Shown in pieces: positions 24,740-39,825 of a stretch of 64,000 nucleotides of DNA. A model generated the notes under the pieces. The model had not been told where the DNA came from. It saw only the letters and a program-made list of their open reading frames with translations, and searched no databases. Numbering within the stretch: position 1 is the stretch's first letter; the number at the start of each line of letters is the position of its first letter. The translations under genes and the position numbers were made by a program. This DNA is from Hypanus sabinus (Eukaryota), in the NCBI RefSeq assembly GCF_030144855.1, contig NC_082720.1, positions 22,754,001 to 22,818,000 of the forward strand. The letters run 5' to 3'.

Positions 24740-26850
24740 CCACTTCCTAACATCTTGTCGGTAATGTCAGTACACCTTTCAACAGAGATCATGTCACTAT
24801 GATGTACCTGATCAGGCTCTGAAAACCTGTGCCAATCAACTGGCGGGAATGTTCAAGGACATCTTCAATTTCTCACCGCTACAGTCAGAGGTTTCCACCT
24901 GCCTCATAAGGGTTCAATCATACCAGTGCCCAAGAACAGCAGGGTGAGCTGCCTCAATGACTATTGCAAAGTTGCACTCACATCTACTTTGATGAAGTAC
25001 ATCGAGAAGATGGTCAAGGCCACAACTAATTCCTTTCTAAGCAAGGGCCTGGACCTGCTGCAATTTTCCGACTGCTACAATAGGCTACAGTGGATGCAAT
25101 CTTACTGTATCTCTACTTGGCCTTGGACCATTGGGTCACCAACAATACCTATGTTGGATTGCTGATTGATAATTACAGCTCAGCATTCTCTCAGCGTTAA
25201 TCAACAAGCTTCAAAACCTGGACCTCTATATCTCTCTCTGCAACTGGATCCAGGACTTCCTTTTTGAGAGACAATAGTAGGTGTGAATTGCAAATACCAT
25301 TGACAATCAGCACTGGCACACCAGAAGGACGCATGCATAGCCCCCTGCTCTGCTCTCTCTATATCCATGACTGTATGACTAGGCACAGCTTGAAAACCAT
25401 CTATAAATTTGCCAGTGACGTAACTGTTGTTGAAAGAATCTCGGATGGTGATGAGGTGTACAGGAGAGAGACAGATCAGCTGGTGGAGTGGTGTCCCAAC
25501 AACAACCTTGCACTCAACTTCAGTAAGACCAAGGAATTGTTTGTGGACTTCAGGAAGGGGAATTTGAGGGAACACACACCAGTCCTCATTGAGGGGTCAG
25601 CAGTGGAAATGGTGAGCAATTCCTGAGTGTCAATATCTCTGACGACCTATCCGAGGCCCAACATACTGATGTAATTACAGGGAAGGTACATCCGTGGCTA
25701 TATTTCAAGTTCAATTGTCATTCAGCTATGCACACATATACAGCCAAATGAGATAACATTCCTCCAGAGCCACGTGGCAAAACACACACAGCCACACAAC
25801 ACGTAGAAGACATATACAGTAGTTATGACTTCAGAAAAACATACAGTCACAATAAGATAATACAGCCCAAGTCAGTGTTGTGGCCTGTAGACTGATGGTG
25901 CATGTGATATTGTCATGGAGCCAGTTTCCACAAGAACAAGCACACAGCAGTTCCTCATCATGCACTAGTGCAGCCATAGGCCAGCGCAATCCAGCTTTAC
26001 TTCCACTGAGTGAACACTAGCGAGTAGCACCAACAGGAGAGCTGGTTGTGGGGTCCAGCTCCAACCCTGCACAGATATTAGTGTGCCCGCCATGCCTTTG
26101 CTCTCTGCTACACTGCCTCCTGCGTCACTTCCCCTGGCCAGCTGTAATAGGAGTCGTCACAGCATGAGACCTGGTTCACACAACAACCAAGGCCATGCAT
26201 CTCCCCTCCTGTTGGTCTTGCTAATGAACCAATGCAGTATTTCACTTGATCAATTTGAGCAGGGATTTGCGATTATAAGAAAAATGTTGGACAATCGTTT
26301 GCACAGTTTATTGGACCATGCACTGCCTCTGATGCCTTCTCCCCTGCATGGCTGTAACAGGTGATGACACAGCATGCAACAAGTCCAGCTCTCCCACTAT
26401 CCAGCAGTTCACTAGTGGGGTAGCCGTGCAGTGCTCAGTGTTCATAGTGTCCAGCAGTGACTTGTGATCATAAAAAAGACAGAAAGGACAATTACACGAC
26501 TGGTTCAACCCAACAGCTGTTGCAACCAAGCGCGCCATCATCTGAATGGGGTTTGAGGAGATTTTCTGTGTCACCAAAGACACTGGCAAATTGTGACAGA
26601 TGTACCAAGGAGAGTATTCTAACTGGTTCCATCACTGGCAGGTATCAATGAACCACAGCACGGATCGGAAAAAGCTGCAGAATGTTACAAACTCAGCCAG
26701 CTTCATTACGGGCTCCATCCTCCCCAGCATCAAAGACGTCTTCAAAAGCTGATTCCTCATAAAGGCAACATCCATCATTAAGGGGCCCCACCACCCAGAA
26801 GGTGCCCTCATCTCATTGCCACCATCAATGAGGAAGTACAGGAGCCTTAA
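24740..26850 (+). mobile_element. Rex1/Babar-type LINE RT region, decayed, with ~0.8-kb unrelated insert
   Basis: LKTCANQLAG.FKDIFN; YKFASDVTVV..LALNFSKTKELFVDFRK; LRRF..SPKTLAN..ESILTG; IIKGPHHP. Confidence 0.7.
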
Positions 26851-27065
26851 GGGAGTGGTGAGTGTGTGGAATGGGCTGCCAGTGACAGTGGTGGAGGCAG
26901 ATACAATAGGGTCTTTTCGGAGACTCCTGGATAGGTACATGGAACTTAGAAAAATAGAGTGGTATAGGTAAACCTAGGTAAGATCTAAGGTAAGGACATG
27001 TTAAGCATAGCTTTGTGGGCTGAAGGGCCTGTATTGTGCTGTAGGTTTTCTATGTTTCCATGTTC
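26851..27065 (+). mobile_element. CR1 3' end
   Basis: Same 3' sequence and tail as 480-700 (gaagggcctgtattgtgctgtaggttttctatgtt). Confidence 0.8.
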
Positions 27066-27659
27066 CTACAATGTGAAAAAATTTACAGCTTATCAATTCT
27101 GGAGCAATTAATAGAAAAGTGAATTAGTTATTAAATGGAGAGTGATTAGGTAATGTTAAACTTTATAGAGAGTGAGGTCTGATGTAGGTGCAAATGGAAG
27201 ATTATCGTTTACAACAGAATTTGAATACAGTAATGAGCATGTCTTGTTGTACTTGTAAAATGGCTTGGCAAAATCACCCAATAGTATATTGGACATTTTT
27301 GACTTCTTACCTAAGAAAGGATGTACTTGCCATAGTCAGAGTGCAATAATGATTCAGGATTGGGAGGGTATCTAAATGAGAAGATATTCAGTAGATTGGG
27401 ATTTTACTTTCTTCAGCTTCAACAAAACATACAAAATCCTTCAAGAACTTTTCAGAAAAAATGTTAGGAGGGCGTTTACTCTGCCTGAGGAACTTACAGC
27501 TTGAAACAGGCCAGAACTTACATGAGAAACAAGAGAAAATCTGCTGATGCTGGAAATACAAACAGTGCACACAAAATACTGGAGGTACTCTGCAGGGTAG
27601 GCAGCATCTATGGAAAAGAGTATAGTTGATGGCTTGGGGCAATACCTTTCATCAGAACT

Positions 27660-28235
27660 GTATGCACCATAAGACCATTAGACGTAGAATTAGAACTAGA
27701 ATTAGGCCATTCAGCCCATTGAGTCTACTTCATCATTCTATCATGGCTGATCCCGGTTACCACTCAATCCTATACACCTGCTTGCTCGCTGTATACTTTG
27801 ATGCCCTGACCGATGAGGAAACAATCAACTTCCCCCTTAAATATACACACAGACTTGGCCTCCACTGCAGTGTGTGGCAGAGCATTCCACAGATTTACTG
27901 CTTTCTGGCTAAAAAAAAAATCCTCCTTGCCTCTGTTCTAAAGGGTATCACCTCAATCGTGTGGCTGTGTCCTATAGTTCTGGACACCCCCACCACAGGA
28001 AACATCGGCTCCACATCCACCCTATCTAGTCCTTTCACCATTCTGTGGGTTTCAATGATATCTTCCTACATTTTTCTAAATTCCAGTAAGCACTGGCCCA
28101 AAGCTGCCAAACGCTCCTCTCACACTCCTCCCTCGAATCCCATAATCATCACCACAAACCTCCTCTGCAATCTCTGCAATGACAACACATCCTTTCTGAG
28201 ATATGGGGCCCAAAACTGTAGACAATACTCTATGT
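27660..28235 (-). mobile_element. CR1-derived 3' fragment, duplicated at ~46060-46600
   Basis: cataagacc..ggccattcagccc..cattccacag..ctgtgtcctatagttct..caatactc motifs. Confidence 0.6.
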
Positions 28236-28816
28236 GCGGCCTGATTAGTGTCTTATAAAGGCTCAGCATTTGAAGATCTTTTGCTGGTGGTGAAGCTTTG
28301 GGCTGTAGGTACCCATTCTTTGTATTTGTGCAAAACACAGATTGATAATGTCTGGACATGGAGTCAAGAGATACAGGACAGTGGTGGAAATGGCACTGAG
28401 GTAGATTATCCGAATGAATGTTGGAACAGTCCGAAAGCCCAATGGACAACTCCTGCTTCTATTCGTTATGCTCCTATGACAGCAGCATTAACACTGTTAT
28501 TGACATCCTAAGCTCATTGTTTTGTGTTGTATATCTGATGCAACACACAAAACATTCCTCTCCACAGAATCTCAGGCAACGCACTCTTTGTCCTGTCACA
28601 TTGTACTGTCCTGCCGTTGTCATCCTGCACATTATCCGTTCTACTGGATATACAACAGAGTGGACAATAAATCAGTATTCATTATATTACTTCTTATGCT
28701 CTCAGGGGCAGAAGAACGCCGTTCAGCCTCTCAGGAGATGCGGGGCAAATATTCTGGCAGCTGCCCCGCTAAGCCGCCATTTCTGACACAGGACCATGTA
28801 ACATTGAGCTGCTTAC

Positions 28817-29164
28817 CGTCCGAAACCCGGAGATTCAAATTCGTTTTCAGATCATTAAACCATCCCGGAATCTCCACACGGCAGCAATACCAGCCGCTAT
28901 CTTCTCTCCGCAGATCATTTATAGTGAGCGACACATCTCCTGCCGCAATTCTACCACCAAGACTGTATCTCTGGGATGTTACAGAAGTTACTCTGTCTCC
29001 GTTTGTTCCAATCAACACGTGTCCGCAGCCTCTAAGAGGACACTCTCCCAGGCCCCAGCAGATCCAACTTTTTCCATATTTTCCTACAGAATAGCGGCAC
29101 GACAGTGTGATCGACTGTCCCGTGACTCCTCGCACTTTTGTTCCAGAGACGAAGGCGACTCGAC
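28817..29164 (-). CDS. TIM-family IgV exon, copy A (intact, 348 nt, phase 1-1)
   Basis: Acceptor gattgtttcag, donor gtaagc. GRVAFVSGTKVRGVTGQSITLSCRYSV..WICWGLGECPLRGCG..GDVSLTINDL..DSGWYCCRVEIPGWFND. Shows the six-Cys TIM pattern and the WFND MILIBS motif. Orthology to HAVCR1, TIMD4 or HAVCR2 not resolvable. Confidence 0.92.
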
Positions 29165-29672
29165 CTGAAACAATCCAGGGAAAGAAAGTTACAGATGGCG
29201 CTGAATGAGAGTGGGAGAGTCCACCGTTTGAAAACCTGTCCTAGCAACGGGAATGTGATCCATTTTACCTGTTGGCGGCATATAAGGAATATTACGGAAA
29301 ATCCCAAAACTGCTCGGAGGGAATCGAACTAACATCTTTGATCACAGATCCAGCCTCTGGTTCATTCACCCACTCACATCCTGCTGTGCTACCAAACCTT
29401 CAACGTAATGATCAAGGGAAATTCGGTGCTTTGATCTTGTTCCACGGTCTATTCAGATGAACACTGGTCGGTCCTCCAAGTTCACTCGCCCCGTCAGCTC
29501 ACCTCCCACCCAATCTTCAACAACCGGCAGCGCCGGGCATCACTCAGGGTCTCGGCTGTGCCCCTCCCGGGTCCCTCATTCACACACTAGCTCCACCTCA
29601 ATTACTACATACCAAGATATTGTAACAAGAAGTTTGAACAAGGTAATTCGATTCCTGCTTTCAGAAACGTAC

Positions 29673-29724
29673 CGAACAGAAGAAACACTATTGTCAAATG
29701 AGCCACGGAGCCAGTAAGAGCCAT
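29673..29724 (-). CDS. TIM copy A leader (signal peptide) exon, 52 nt
   Basis: ATG..MALTGSVAHLTIVFLLF-G|gtacgt; the phase-1 donor fits the IgV acceptor. Confidence 0.82.
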
Positions 29725-30275
29725 CGTGCCGGACACTGTGGCGGCCGCTCTCCGTGTCGCTGCACCAGATGCCGTGGCTGCGAGTTAAACTGTTGCTTCC
29801 GGCTTGTCGTGGACAAGAGTTCCTTCCACAGGAACACGGGTGTTGTTCACCGACACCCCCGAGATATGAGGCAAATGTTATCAAACACTCGGCTCCTCCC
29901 TGGCGTTACCATCAAAGTCTAAAACGCGTACGGGTTTCCTTCAATGTTGCTTTCAGTTCTCGGTTTTGGGGAAGTTCGTGTCTGAAATGTCCATCAGTAA
30001 CACGAATGGGAAAGTTGCCAAGTATCCAGCTGGCTGTTTGAACTGCTGGGTCGCTGGTCTGGTTGGGTCCTCTCACTTTGTGTGACGTTTCAATGTTTGG
30101 TACGTGAAGGGAACCGAGGGTGAAGTAGAGAGTGAGAGAGAGATTTAGAGACCCAAAGAGGCTGATTCCACCATTTTCTGTTTTAACTCCAGCCTGCTCT
30201 GCACTGGCTGTCTAAATTTGGTCTGTCAACCCAGCTGAGGACTGGAGTCAAGGACATTTGTTGGTGAGGCGTGAA

Positions 30276-30285
30276 GGGAATTTCA
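30276..30285 (+). promoter_or_regulatory. NF-kB-like site upstream of TIM copy A
   Basis: GGGAATTTCA ~552 bp upstream of the ATG; counterpart GGGACTTTCA in the other two units; 9/10 match to the kB consensus. Confidence 0.3.
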
Positions 30286-31937
30286 ATCTCTGTCTAACTG
30301 TGAAGAGGCTTAATGGTGGCACAAGAGTCTCTGAACTGCAAATTGTAGACACAATTATACTTTATTCAATCATGTTGTAATAATCATTAACACTGGGAGT
30401 GATACTGGTGCTGTGGTCAAACCTGGTACTAGGGCTGCCTATATCGGATGTCTGGTGCATTTCCCAGGCAGCTCACAGGTAAAGGTGAGATGAAGATCAG
30501 ACCCCAGTAATTGGGAGGGACCGGCTGATAGATGTGTGGAAGAAAGGTCAAGGAGGTGGGGAGGAAGTGGAAGATGGGGAAGTGATTGGAAGCAAGGATT
30601 GTGAGTTAGAGTGATCAGGGAAAATGTACGGTGATAATGACCAGAAAAGAGATTAACAGAAACAACAGAGGAAAACTGATTTCCCTGGCCAGGGTATTCA
30701 GTTATTTTTTTTTTCATGGAGAACAACTGCAATTAAATATAATGCAGGGACTGATAATGATTTATATTGCATCATTAAAGCTAAATAAATCAGGCAGACA
30801 GAAATGAACATAATATCAAAGAATGGAGGCATTAGGATGATGATTTCCAGAGGGATCAAAGTGATTTCAAGAAAAAGATGCTCAGTGTCCCGCATCCAGG
30901 CTGCAGATATATATTCACTCTGTCTCAGATTGCTGTTCCTCCAGTTTATGAGAAACAATGATAAGTGAGCAGTTTCCAGACAATGAGAGAAATTGTCTGA
31001 ACACCAGGTGGTGCAAAGGGCAGTTCAGATGTATTTTGACCAAATGGACCACTGATATGTTCAAACAATGAATCTATCATGGACTCTCCAAACATATTGA
31101 GCACTCACTCCATTGAAGAGTGAGGGAAGGGTGTTGTGAATTGCTATCTGTGACTCCAGTCGTTCATTGTTCTCTCTCTATGGCAAGTATGTCCTTTCAT
31201 TGTTAAGAAACCAAAACGCTCCACTACCTGTCCAGTTGCAGTCTTGCCAAGACTCTGCGCAACTGCAGTATGACTCCGTTACTCCAAAGTTCAAAGATTT
31301 GAACAATAAATGGTAACATATTATTTGCACCTGTACTGTAGCTTGAAGAGATGTGTGTATCATCACACCTTGTTTCTAACGTTCTGCACCACACAATCAC
31401 TTAGCATTTCAGAAAAACTACTTTTACAATATTGGTACTAAAATGGATGATCTCCCATATTTCTTCATTGTGTTCCACCTGCCAAGTTCTTGCCATCTCA
31501 CTGAGCTTGTTGATAAAATATTGTTGACATGTTTCCACAAGGTGATAAAATCAGGATTACTTCCATTTGTGTCACTGATTTGTTTACCTTGTTGCAAATG
31601 CTATGAACAGACACAGTACCTTTAATATTGTCATATTAAGGCATTTCTGTACTGTCATCATTTTGATTATTATTAACAACAAGAAACTAACTCAATTCCT
31701 AGCCAATAAGTAATCAAATTAATAAATCTACAATAATGATTGACATCTGATCATCACCACAGACCTGTGGTCACAAAATCTTAAGGTTCTAAAGATAAAC
31801 ATTTCAATTAAAATCAATTACAAGGCATACTGGATAACTTTTATCACCAACAGTTCAGTTTATCCAAACAAAAAGAAATTAATATCAGAGTTGTAAATAA
31901 GCAACATCTTTTCCATGGTGCATAATATTGCACTTAC

Positions 31938-31964
31938 TTGTGGTTAACAGAACTGTGTGCTTGT
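31938..31964 (-). CDS. Candidate 27-nt stalk micro-exon (TIM-B unit)
   Basis: tttcttctgttacacag | ACAAGCACACAGTTCTGTTAACCACAA | gtaagt; phase 1-1, (D)KHTVLLTT. Confidence 0.45.
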
Positions 31965-32545
31965 CTGTGTAACAGAAGAAACATTACATTTATTCTTCAA
32001 TTTTCAATGCTTGACTGAAATTTTTTTTACTTACTTCAGACTTTTACAACTGGTAGAAAAGTTTATGGACAACAGGTAGATAGTGAGCATTTGAGGATCT
32101 TTAAGCTGCCTCTGTTAGACATGATTACAGCACACTGGTTTGGGGTTAATTCACCAATGTGCAATGGTTAATAGAGAAAACAGAGATGGAATAAGCTTGG
32201 GTTGGGATGCTGCAGGTGGTTGGGCTCCACAGTCAGAGGGTTGGACTCTTCTTTTCATAATGTATATCAATGACTTAGCTCAAGGACAACATTTCCAAGA
32301 TTTAAGGATAAAAAATTAGCTGTGTGAGATTTACAGAGAATGCAAGGAGAAATCAACACAAAAGGGAGGGCTGGCTAAATAGACAAGGACATGATGAACG
32401 GAATATAATGTGGTGACATATGACATCATCCACTTCAGTAGGAATATTAGAAAAACGGATATTTGTTATATGGTGAGTGATTGGACATTCAGAGGGTCTG
32501 GGTGTCTGTATACACAGTCACTGAAAGCTAAGTGAGCCAATAGAC

Positions 32546-35010
<2,465 letters not shown>

Positions 35011-35703
35011 TTCTAGACAATACCCTATGTGCAGCCTGATCAGTGTTTTATAAAGGCTCAGCATGACAAGATCTTTCTGTGGTGGCAAAGCTTTAGGTTG
35101 TAGATTCCCATTCTTTGTATTTGTTCAATACACAGATTGATAGATGTCTGGACATGGAGTGTCCAGAGATACAGGACAGTGGTGGAAATGGCGCTGAGGT
35201 AGATGATCAGCCACGTTCTGAATGAATGGTGGAACAGCCAGGAATGCCCAATGGACAACTCCTGTTTCTATTCGTTATGCTCCTATGACAGCAGCATTAA
35301 CACGGTTATTGACACCCTAAGCCCATCGTTTTGTGTTGTATATCTGATGCAACACACAAAACATTCCTCTCCACAGAATCTCAGACAACGCACTCTTTGT
35401 CCATATCTGCCGTTGTCATCCTGCACATTATCCATTCTACTGGATATACAACAGAATGAAAAATAAATCAGTATTCATTGTGTTGTTTCTTATGTTCTGA
35501 GGAGCAGGAGAGGGCTGTTCAGCCCATCGAGAACATATCATCTGCCCAAGATTTCCATCAGATATAGTACATCTGCCATATCTGCCTGGAAACAGCTCCC
35601 TGCCATTGTCCTGCTGTTAACTTACACTAGAGGAAATTTACTGATTAACTTACTGATTAAGTGACTGATTAACCTACCAACACCAACCTGTTCTAGTGAA
35701 GTC

Positions 35704-38700
35704 TGTCATGGTCCGGTCTGTGAAATCCACATTTCGGTTCATGGTCCAGTCCACGTTCCTTATTCCAGGTTTTCCAGGTTTCCCCAGTTTCTGTTGAGGC
35801 TGCTGATTCTTGTTTGGGCTGCTCTCATGAATAGCTTCAGGATTCAGCCTCGGGCTGCTGGATTGTTCCTGTCCAAATCCCCTGTCTGCATCCCTTCCCT
35901 ACACCTTCCTCCTGGAACCCTGCCTCACCTTTTCCTGCCTCTGCATGGAGCCTTGCCTCGCCTCACCTTGTCTTGTCTCTGCCTGGAGCCTCGCCTTGCC
36001 TTGCTTTGTCTCTATCTGGAGCCTTGCCTCTGCCTGGAGCCTTGTCTCTGCCTGGAGCCTTGTCTCTGTCTGGAGCCTTGTCTCTGTCTGGAGCCTTGCC
36101 TCTGCCTGGAGCCTTGTCTCTGTCTGGAGCCTTGCCTCTGCCTGGAGCCTTGTCTCTGTCTGGAGCCTTGTCTCTGTCTGGAGCCTTGACTCTGTCTGGA
36201 GCCTTGTCTCTGCCTGGAGCCTTGTCTCTGTCTGGAGCCTTGCCTCTGCCTGGAGCCTTGTCTCTGACTGGAGCCTTGCCTCTGACTGGAGCCTTGTCTC
36301 TGACTGGAGCCTTGTCTCTGCCTGGAGCCTTGTCTCTGCCTGGAGCCTTGTCTCTGTCTGGAGCCTTGCCTCTGACTGGAGCCTTGTCTCTGACTGGAGC
36401 CTTGTCTCTGTCTGGAGCCTTGCCTCTGACTGGAGCCTTACCTCTGTCTGGAGCCTTGTCTCTGACTGGAGCCTTGTCTCTGCCTGGAGCCTCGCCTCAC
36501 CTTGCTTTGCCTCTGTCTGGAGTCTTGTCTCTGTCTGGAGCCTTGCCTCTGCCTGGAGCCTTGTCTCTGTCTGGAGCCTTGCCTCTGCCTGGAGCCTTGT
36601 CTCTGCCTGGAGCCTTGTCTCTGCCAGGAGCCTTGTCTCTGCCTGGAGCCTTGTCTCTGTCTGGAGCCTTGTCTCTGCCTGGAGCCTTGTCTCTGACTGG
36701 AGCCTTGTCTCTGCCTGGAGACATGTCTCTGCCTGGAGCCTTGTCTCTGTCTGGAGCCTTGTCTCTGCCTGGAGCCTTGTCTCTGCCTGAAGCCTTGCTT
36801 CGTCTCTGCCTGGAGCCTTGCTTTGCCTCTGCCTGGAGCCTTGTCTCTGTCTGGAGCCTTGTCTCTGCCTGAAGCCTTGCTTCGTCTCTGCCTGGAGCCT
36901 TGCTTCTGACTGGAGCCTTGTCTCTGCCTGGAGCCTTGTCTCTGTCTGGAGCCTTGTCTCTGCCTGGAGCCTTGTCTCTGCCTGGAGCCTTGTCTCTGTC
37001 TGGAGCCTTGTCTCTGTCTGGAGCCTTGTCTTTGCCTGGAGTCTTGCCTCTGACTGGAGCCTTGTCTCTGCCTGGAGCCTTGTCTCTGCCTGGAGCCTTG
37101 TCTCTGCCTGAAGCCTTGCTTCGTCTCTGCCTGGAGCCTTGCTTTGCCTCTGCCTGGAGCCTTGTCTCTGTCTGGAGCCTTGTCTCTGCCTGAAGCCTTT
37201 CTTCGTCTCTGCCTGGAGCCTTGCTTCTGACTGGAGCCTTGTCTCTGCCTGGAGCCTTGTCTCTGTCTGGAGCCTTGTCTCTGCCTGGAGCCTTGTCTCT
37301 GCCTGGAGCCTTGTCTCTGTCTGGAGCCTTGTCTCTGTCTGGAGCCTTGTCTTTGCCTGGAGCCTTGCCTCTGACTGGAGCCTTGTCTCTGCCTGGAGCC
37401 TTGTCTCTGCCTGGAGCCTTGTCTCTGTCTGGAGCCTTGTATCTGCCTGGAGACATGTCTCTGCCTGGAGCCTTGTCTCTGTCTGGAGCCTTGTCTCTGC
37501 CTGGAGCCTTGTCTCTGCCTGAAGCCTTGCTTCGTCTCTGCCTGGAGCCTTGCTTTGCCTCTGCCTGGAGCCTTGTCTCTGTCTGGAGCCTTGTCTCTGC
37601 CTGGAGCCTTGTCTCTATCTGGAGCCTTGTCTCTGTCTGGAGCCTTGTCTCTGTCTGGAGCCTTGTCTCTGCCTGGAGCCTTGCCTCTGACTGGAGCCTT
37701 GTCTCTGCCTGGAGCCTTGTCTCTGCCTGGAGCCTTGACTCTGACTGGAGCCTTGTCTCTGTCTGGAGCCTTGCCTCTGACTGGAGCCTTGTCTCTGCCT
37801 GGAGACATGTCTCTGCCTGGAGCCTTGTCTCTGTCAGGAGCCTTGTCTCTGCCTGGAGCCTTGTCTCTGTCTGGTGCCTTGTCTCTGCCTGGAGCCTTGT
37901 CTCTGACTGGAGCCTTGTCTCTGCCTGGAGCCTTGCCTCTGACTGGAGCCTTGTCTCTGCATGGAGCCTTGTCTCTGTCTGGAGCCTTGTCTCTGACTGG
38001 AGCCTTGCCTCTGACTGGAGCCTTGTCTCTGCATGGAGCCTTGCCTCTGCCTGGAGACATGTCTCACCTTGCCTCTGTCTGGAGCCTCGCCTCACCTTGC
38101 CTTGTCTCTGTCTGGAGCCTTGCTTTGCCTCTGTCTGGAGCCTTGTCTCTGCCTGGAGCCTTGCCTCTGACTGGAGCCTTGTCTCTGACTGGAGCCTTGC
38201 CTCTGACTGGAGCCTTGTCTCTGCATGGAGCCTTGTCTCTGTCTGGAGCCTTGTCTCTGACTGGAGCCTTGTCTCTGCCTGGAGCCTTGACCCTGACTGG
38301 AGCCTTGTCTCTGACTGGAGCCTTGCCTCTGACTGGAGCCTTGTCTCTGCATGGAGCCTTGTCTCTGTCTGGAGCCTTGTCTCTGCCTGGAGCCTTGTCT
38401 CTGCCTGGAGCCTTGCCTCTGCCTGGAGCCTTGTCTCTGCCTGGAGCTTTTCCTCTGTCTGGAGCCTTGTCTCTGTCTGGAGCCTTGTCTCTGCCTGGAG
38501 CCTTGTCTCTGACTGGAGTCTTGTCTCTGTCTGGAGCCTTGTCTCTGTCTGGAGCCTTGTCTCTGCCTGGAGCTTTGTCTCTGACTGGAGCCTTGCCTCT
38601 GCCTGGAGCCTTGTCTCTGCCTGGAGCCTTGTCTCTGCCTGAAGCTTTTCCTCTGTCTGGAGACTTGTCTCTGCCTGGAGCCTTGCCTCTGCCTGGAGCC

Positions 38701-39657
38701 TTGTCTCTGCCTGGAGCCTTGCCTCTGTCTGGAGATTTGTCTCTGCCCGGAGCCTTGTCTCTGCCTGGAGCCTTGTCTCTGTCTGGAGCCTTGCCTCTGT
38801 CTGGAGACTTGTCTCTGCCTGGAGCCTTGTCTCTGCCTGAAGCCTTGCCTCACCTTGCCTGTGTCTGGAGCCTCACTCTGTTGGAACTGTCTCTTTGTGT
38901 CCACGTCTCTGCTAGGTAGGTCTGGCCATTTTGCTGCTACCTAGCGTTGGGAACTGTCTCATCGTGTTCAGCGTTCTGTGTGATGAGTCCCGGGCCTACA
39001 TCCTGTACCCAAGGAGGGGTCCCAGCTCTATATGTCCTGTGTTCCTGAGCTCCCTCCACCCAGGCTCTGTGTTCTGTGTTCCTATCCTCCCTTGACCCAG
39101 GCTCTGTGTTCTGCGTTCCTGTTCTTCCTCGCTCAGTGCTCTGCATTCCTGTCTCTTCCTCGACCAAGTCAAGGCTTTGGGGTCTCGTTCAGTCTTAGTC
39201 ACAACCAAGGTCCTTGTCCTATCCAAGCTAAGGCTCCGTGTTCTGATCATGCCCATGTGCCTCGCCCTGCCCAGGAGTACCTTGCCCAGCCCGGTGCTGG
39301 GATTCCCTCGTCCTGTTCTGGGGTGCCCTTGTCCCGTCCATGAATCGCACGTCCAGTCCTGTTGCCTTTCTTCGTCCTGTAACCTCGTCATGTCCTCCCC
39401 TTGTTCTGTGTTCTGAGCCCGAGTCAAGACCCAGGTTTTGGGTCCTTGTCCAGTCTCTGGCTTGAGTCCAGGCTCCTAATCCCCAGTTCCCTATCCTAGG
39501 CAGGTCCTAGCCCAGGCCCGGAGTCCTTGTCTCATCCTGGGCCGGGGTCATGCCCAGAGTCCTTTCTTCCTCTTCCCCTGCTTCCTTTTCACGCCTAGTC
39601 CTGTTCCTGGGAGTTTAGTGTCTGTGTCTTGCTTTTGGGTCCGCCCCCAATATGACA
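35704..39657 (+). mobile_element. Solo LTR (Gypsy-type) expanded by internal minisatellite
   Basis: tgtcatgg...tatgaca termini; 5-bp TSD AAGTC (35699-35703, 39658-39662); empty site in the paralogous intron near 47250-47265. Confidence 0.8.
35945..38880. repeat. 18-bp minisatellite (CTGGAGCCTTGTCTCTGC, ~160 units)
   Basis: Directly visible tandem array with single-base variant units. Confidence 0.97.
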
Positions 39658-39825
39658 AAGTCAGAGCACCCAGAAGAAACAAGGAAGGACAGATGATTTC
39701 CACACACTAAGCACAGGAGCTCGGGATGGAACCTGAATCTCAGGAGATGTGTGGAAAATACTCTGGCAGCTGCACCGCCAAGCCGCCAGTTCCGACACTG
39801 AATCATGTAGTATGGTGCTGCTTAC

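Larger units (their letters stand above)
27085..32545. repeat. Segmental duplication unit (TIM-A body and promoter plus 3' part of TIM-B unit)
   Basis: Collinear by eye with 45485-49655 and 39660-43240. Confidence 0.85.

Noticed and set aside
31230-31330. Transmembrane exon in ANNMLPFIVQIFELWSNGVILQLRR
   Set aside because: Too polar for a TM helix, and the paralogue at ~41916 has an early stop.
35945-38880. CRISPR-like array
   Set aside because: Units are head-to-tail with no unique spacers, in a eukaryotic context with no cas genes.
35945-38919. Long ORFs in all six frames (e.g. 540-aa RDKAPG/RQRQGS, 473-aa GALSLP/WSLVSA)
   Set aside because: By-product of a mostly stop-free 18-bp unit (multiple of 3) inside an LTR; no splice or start context.
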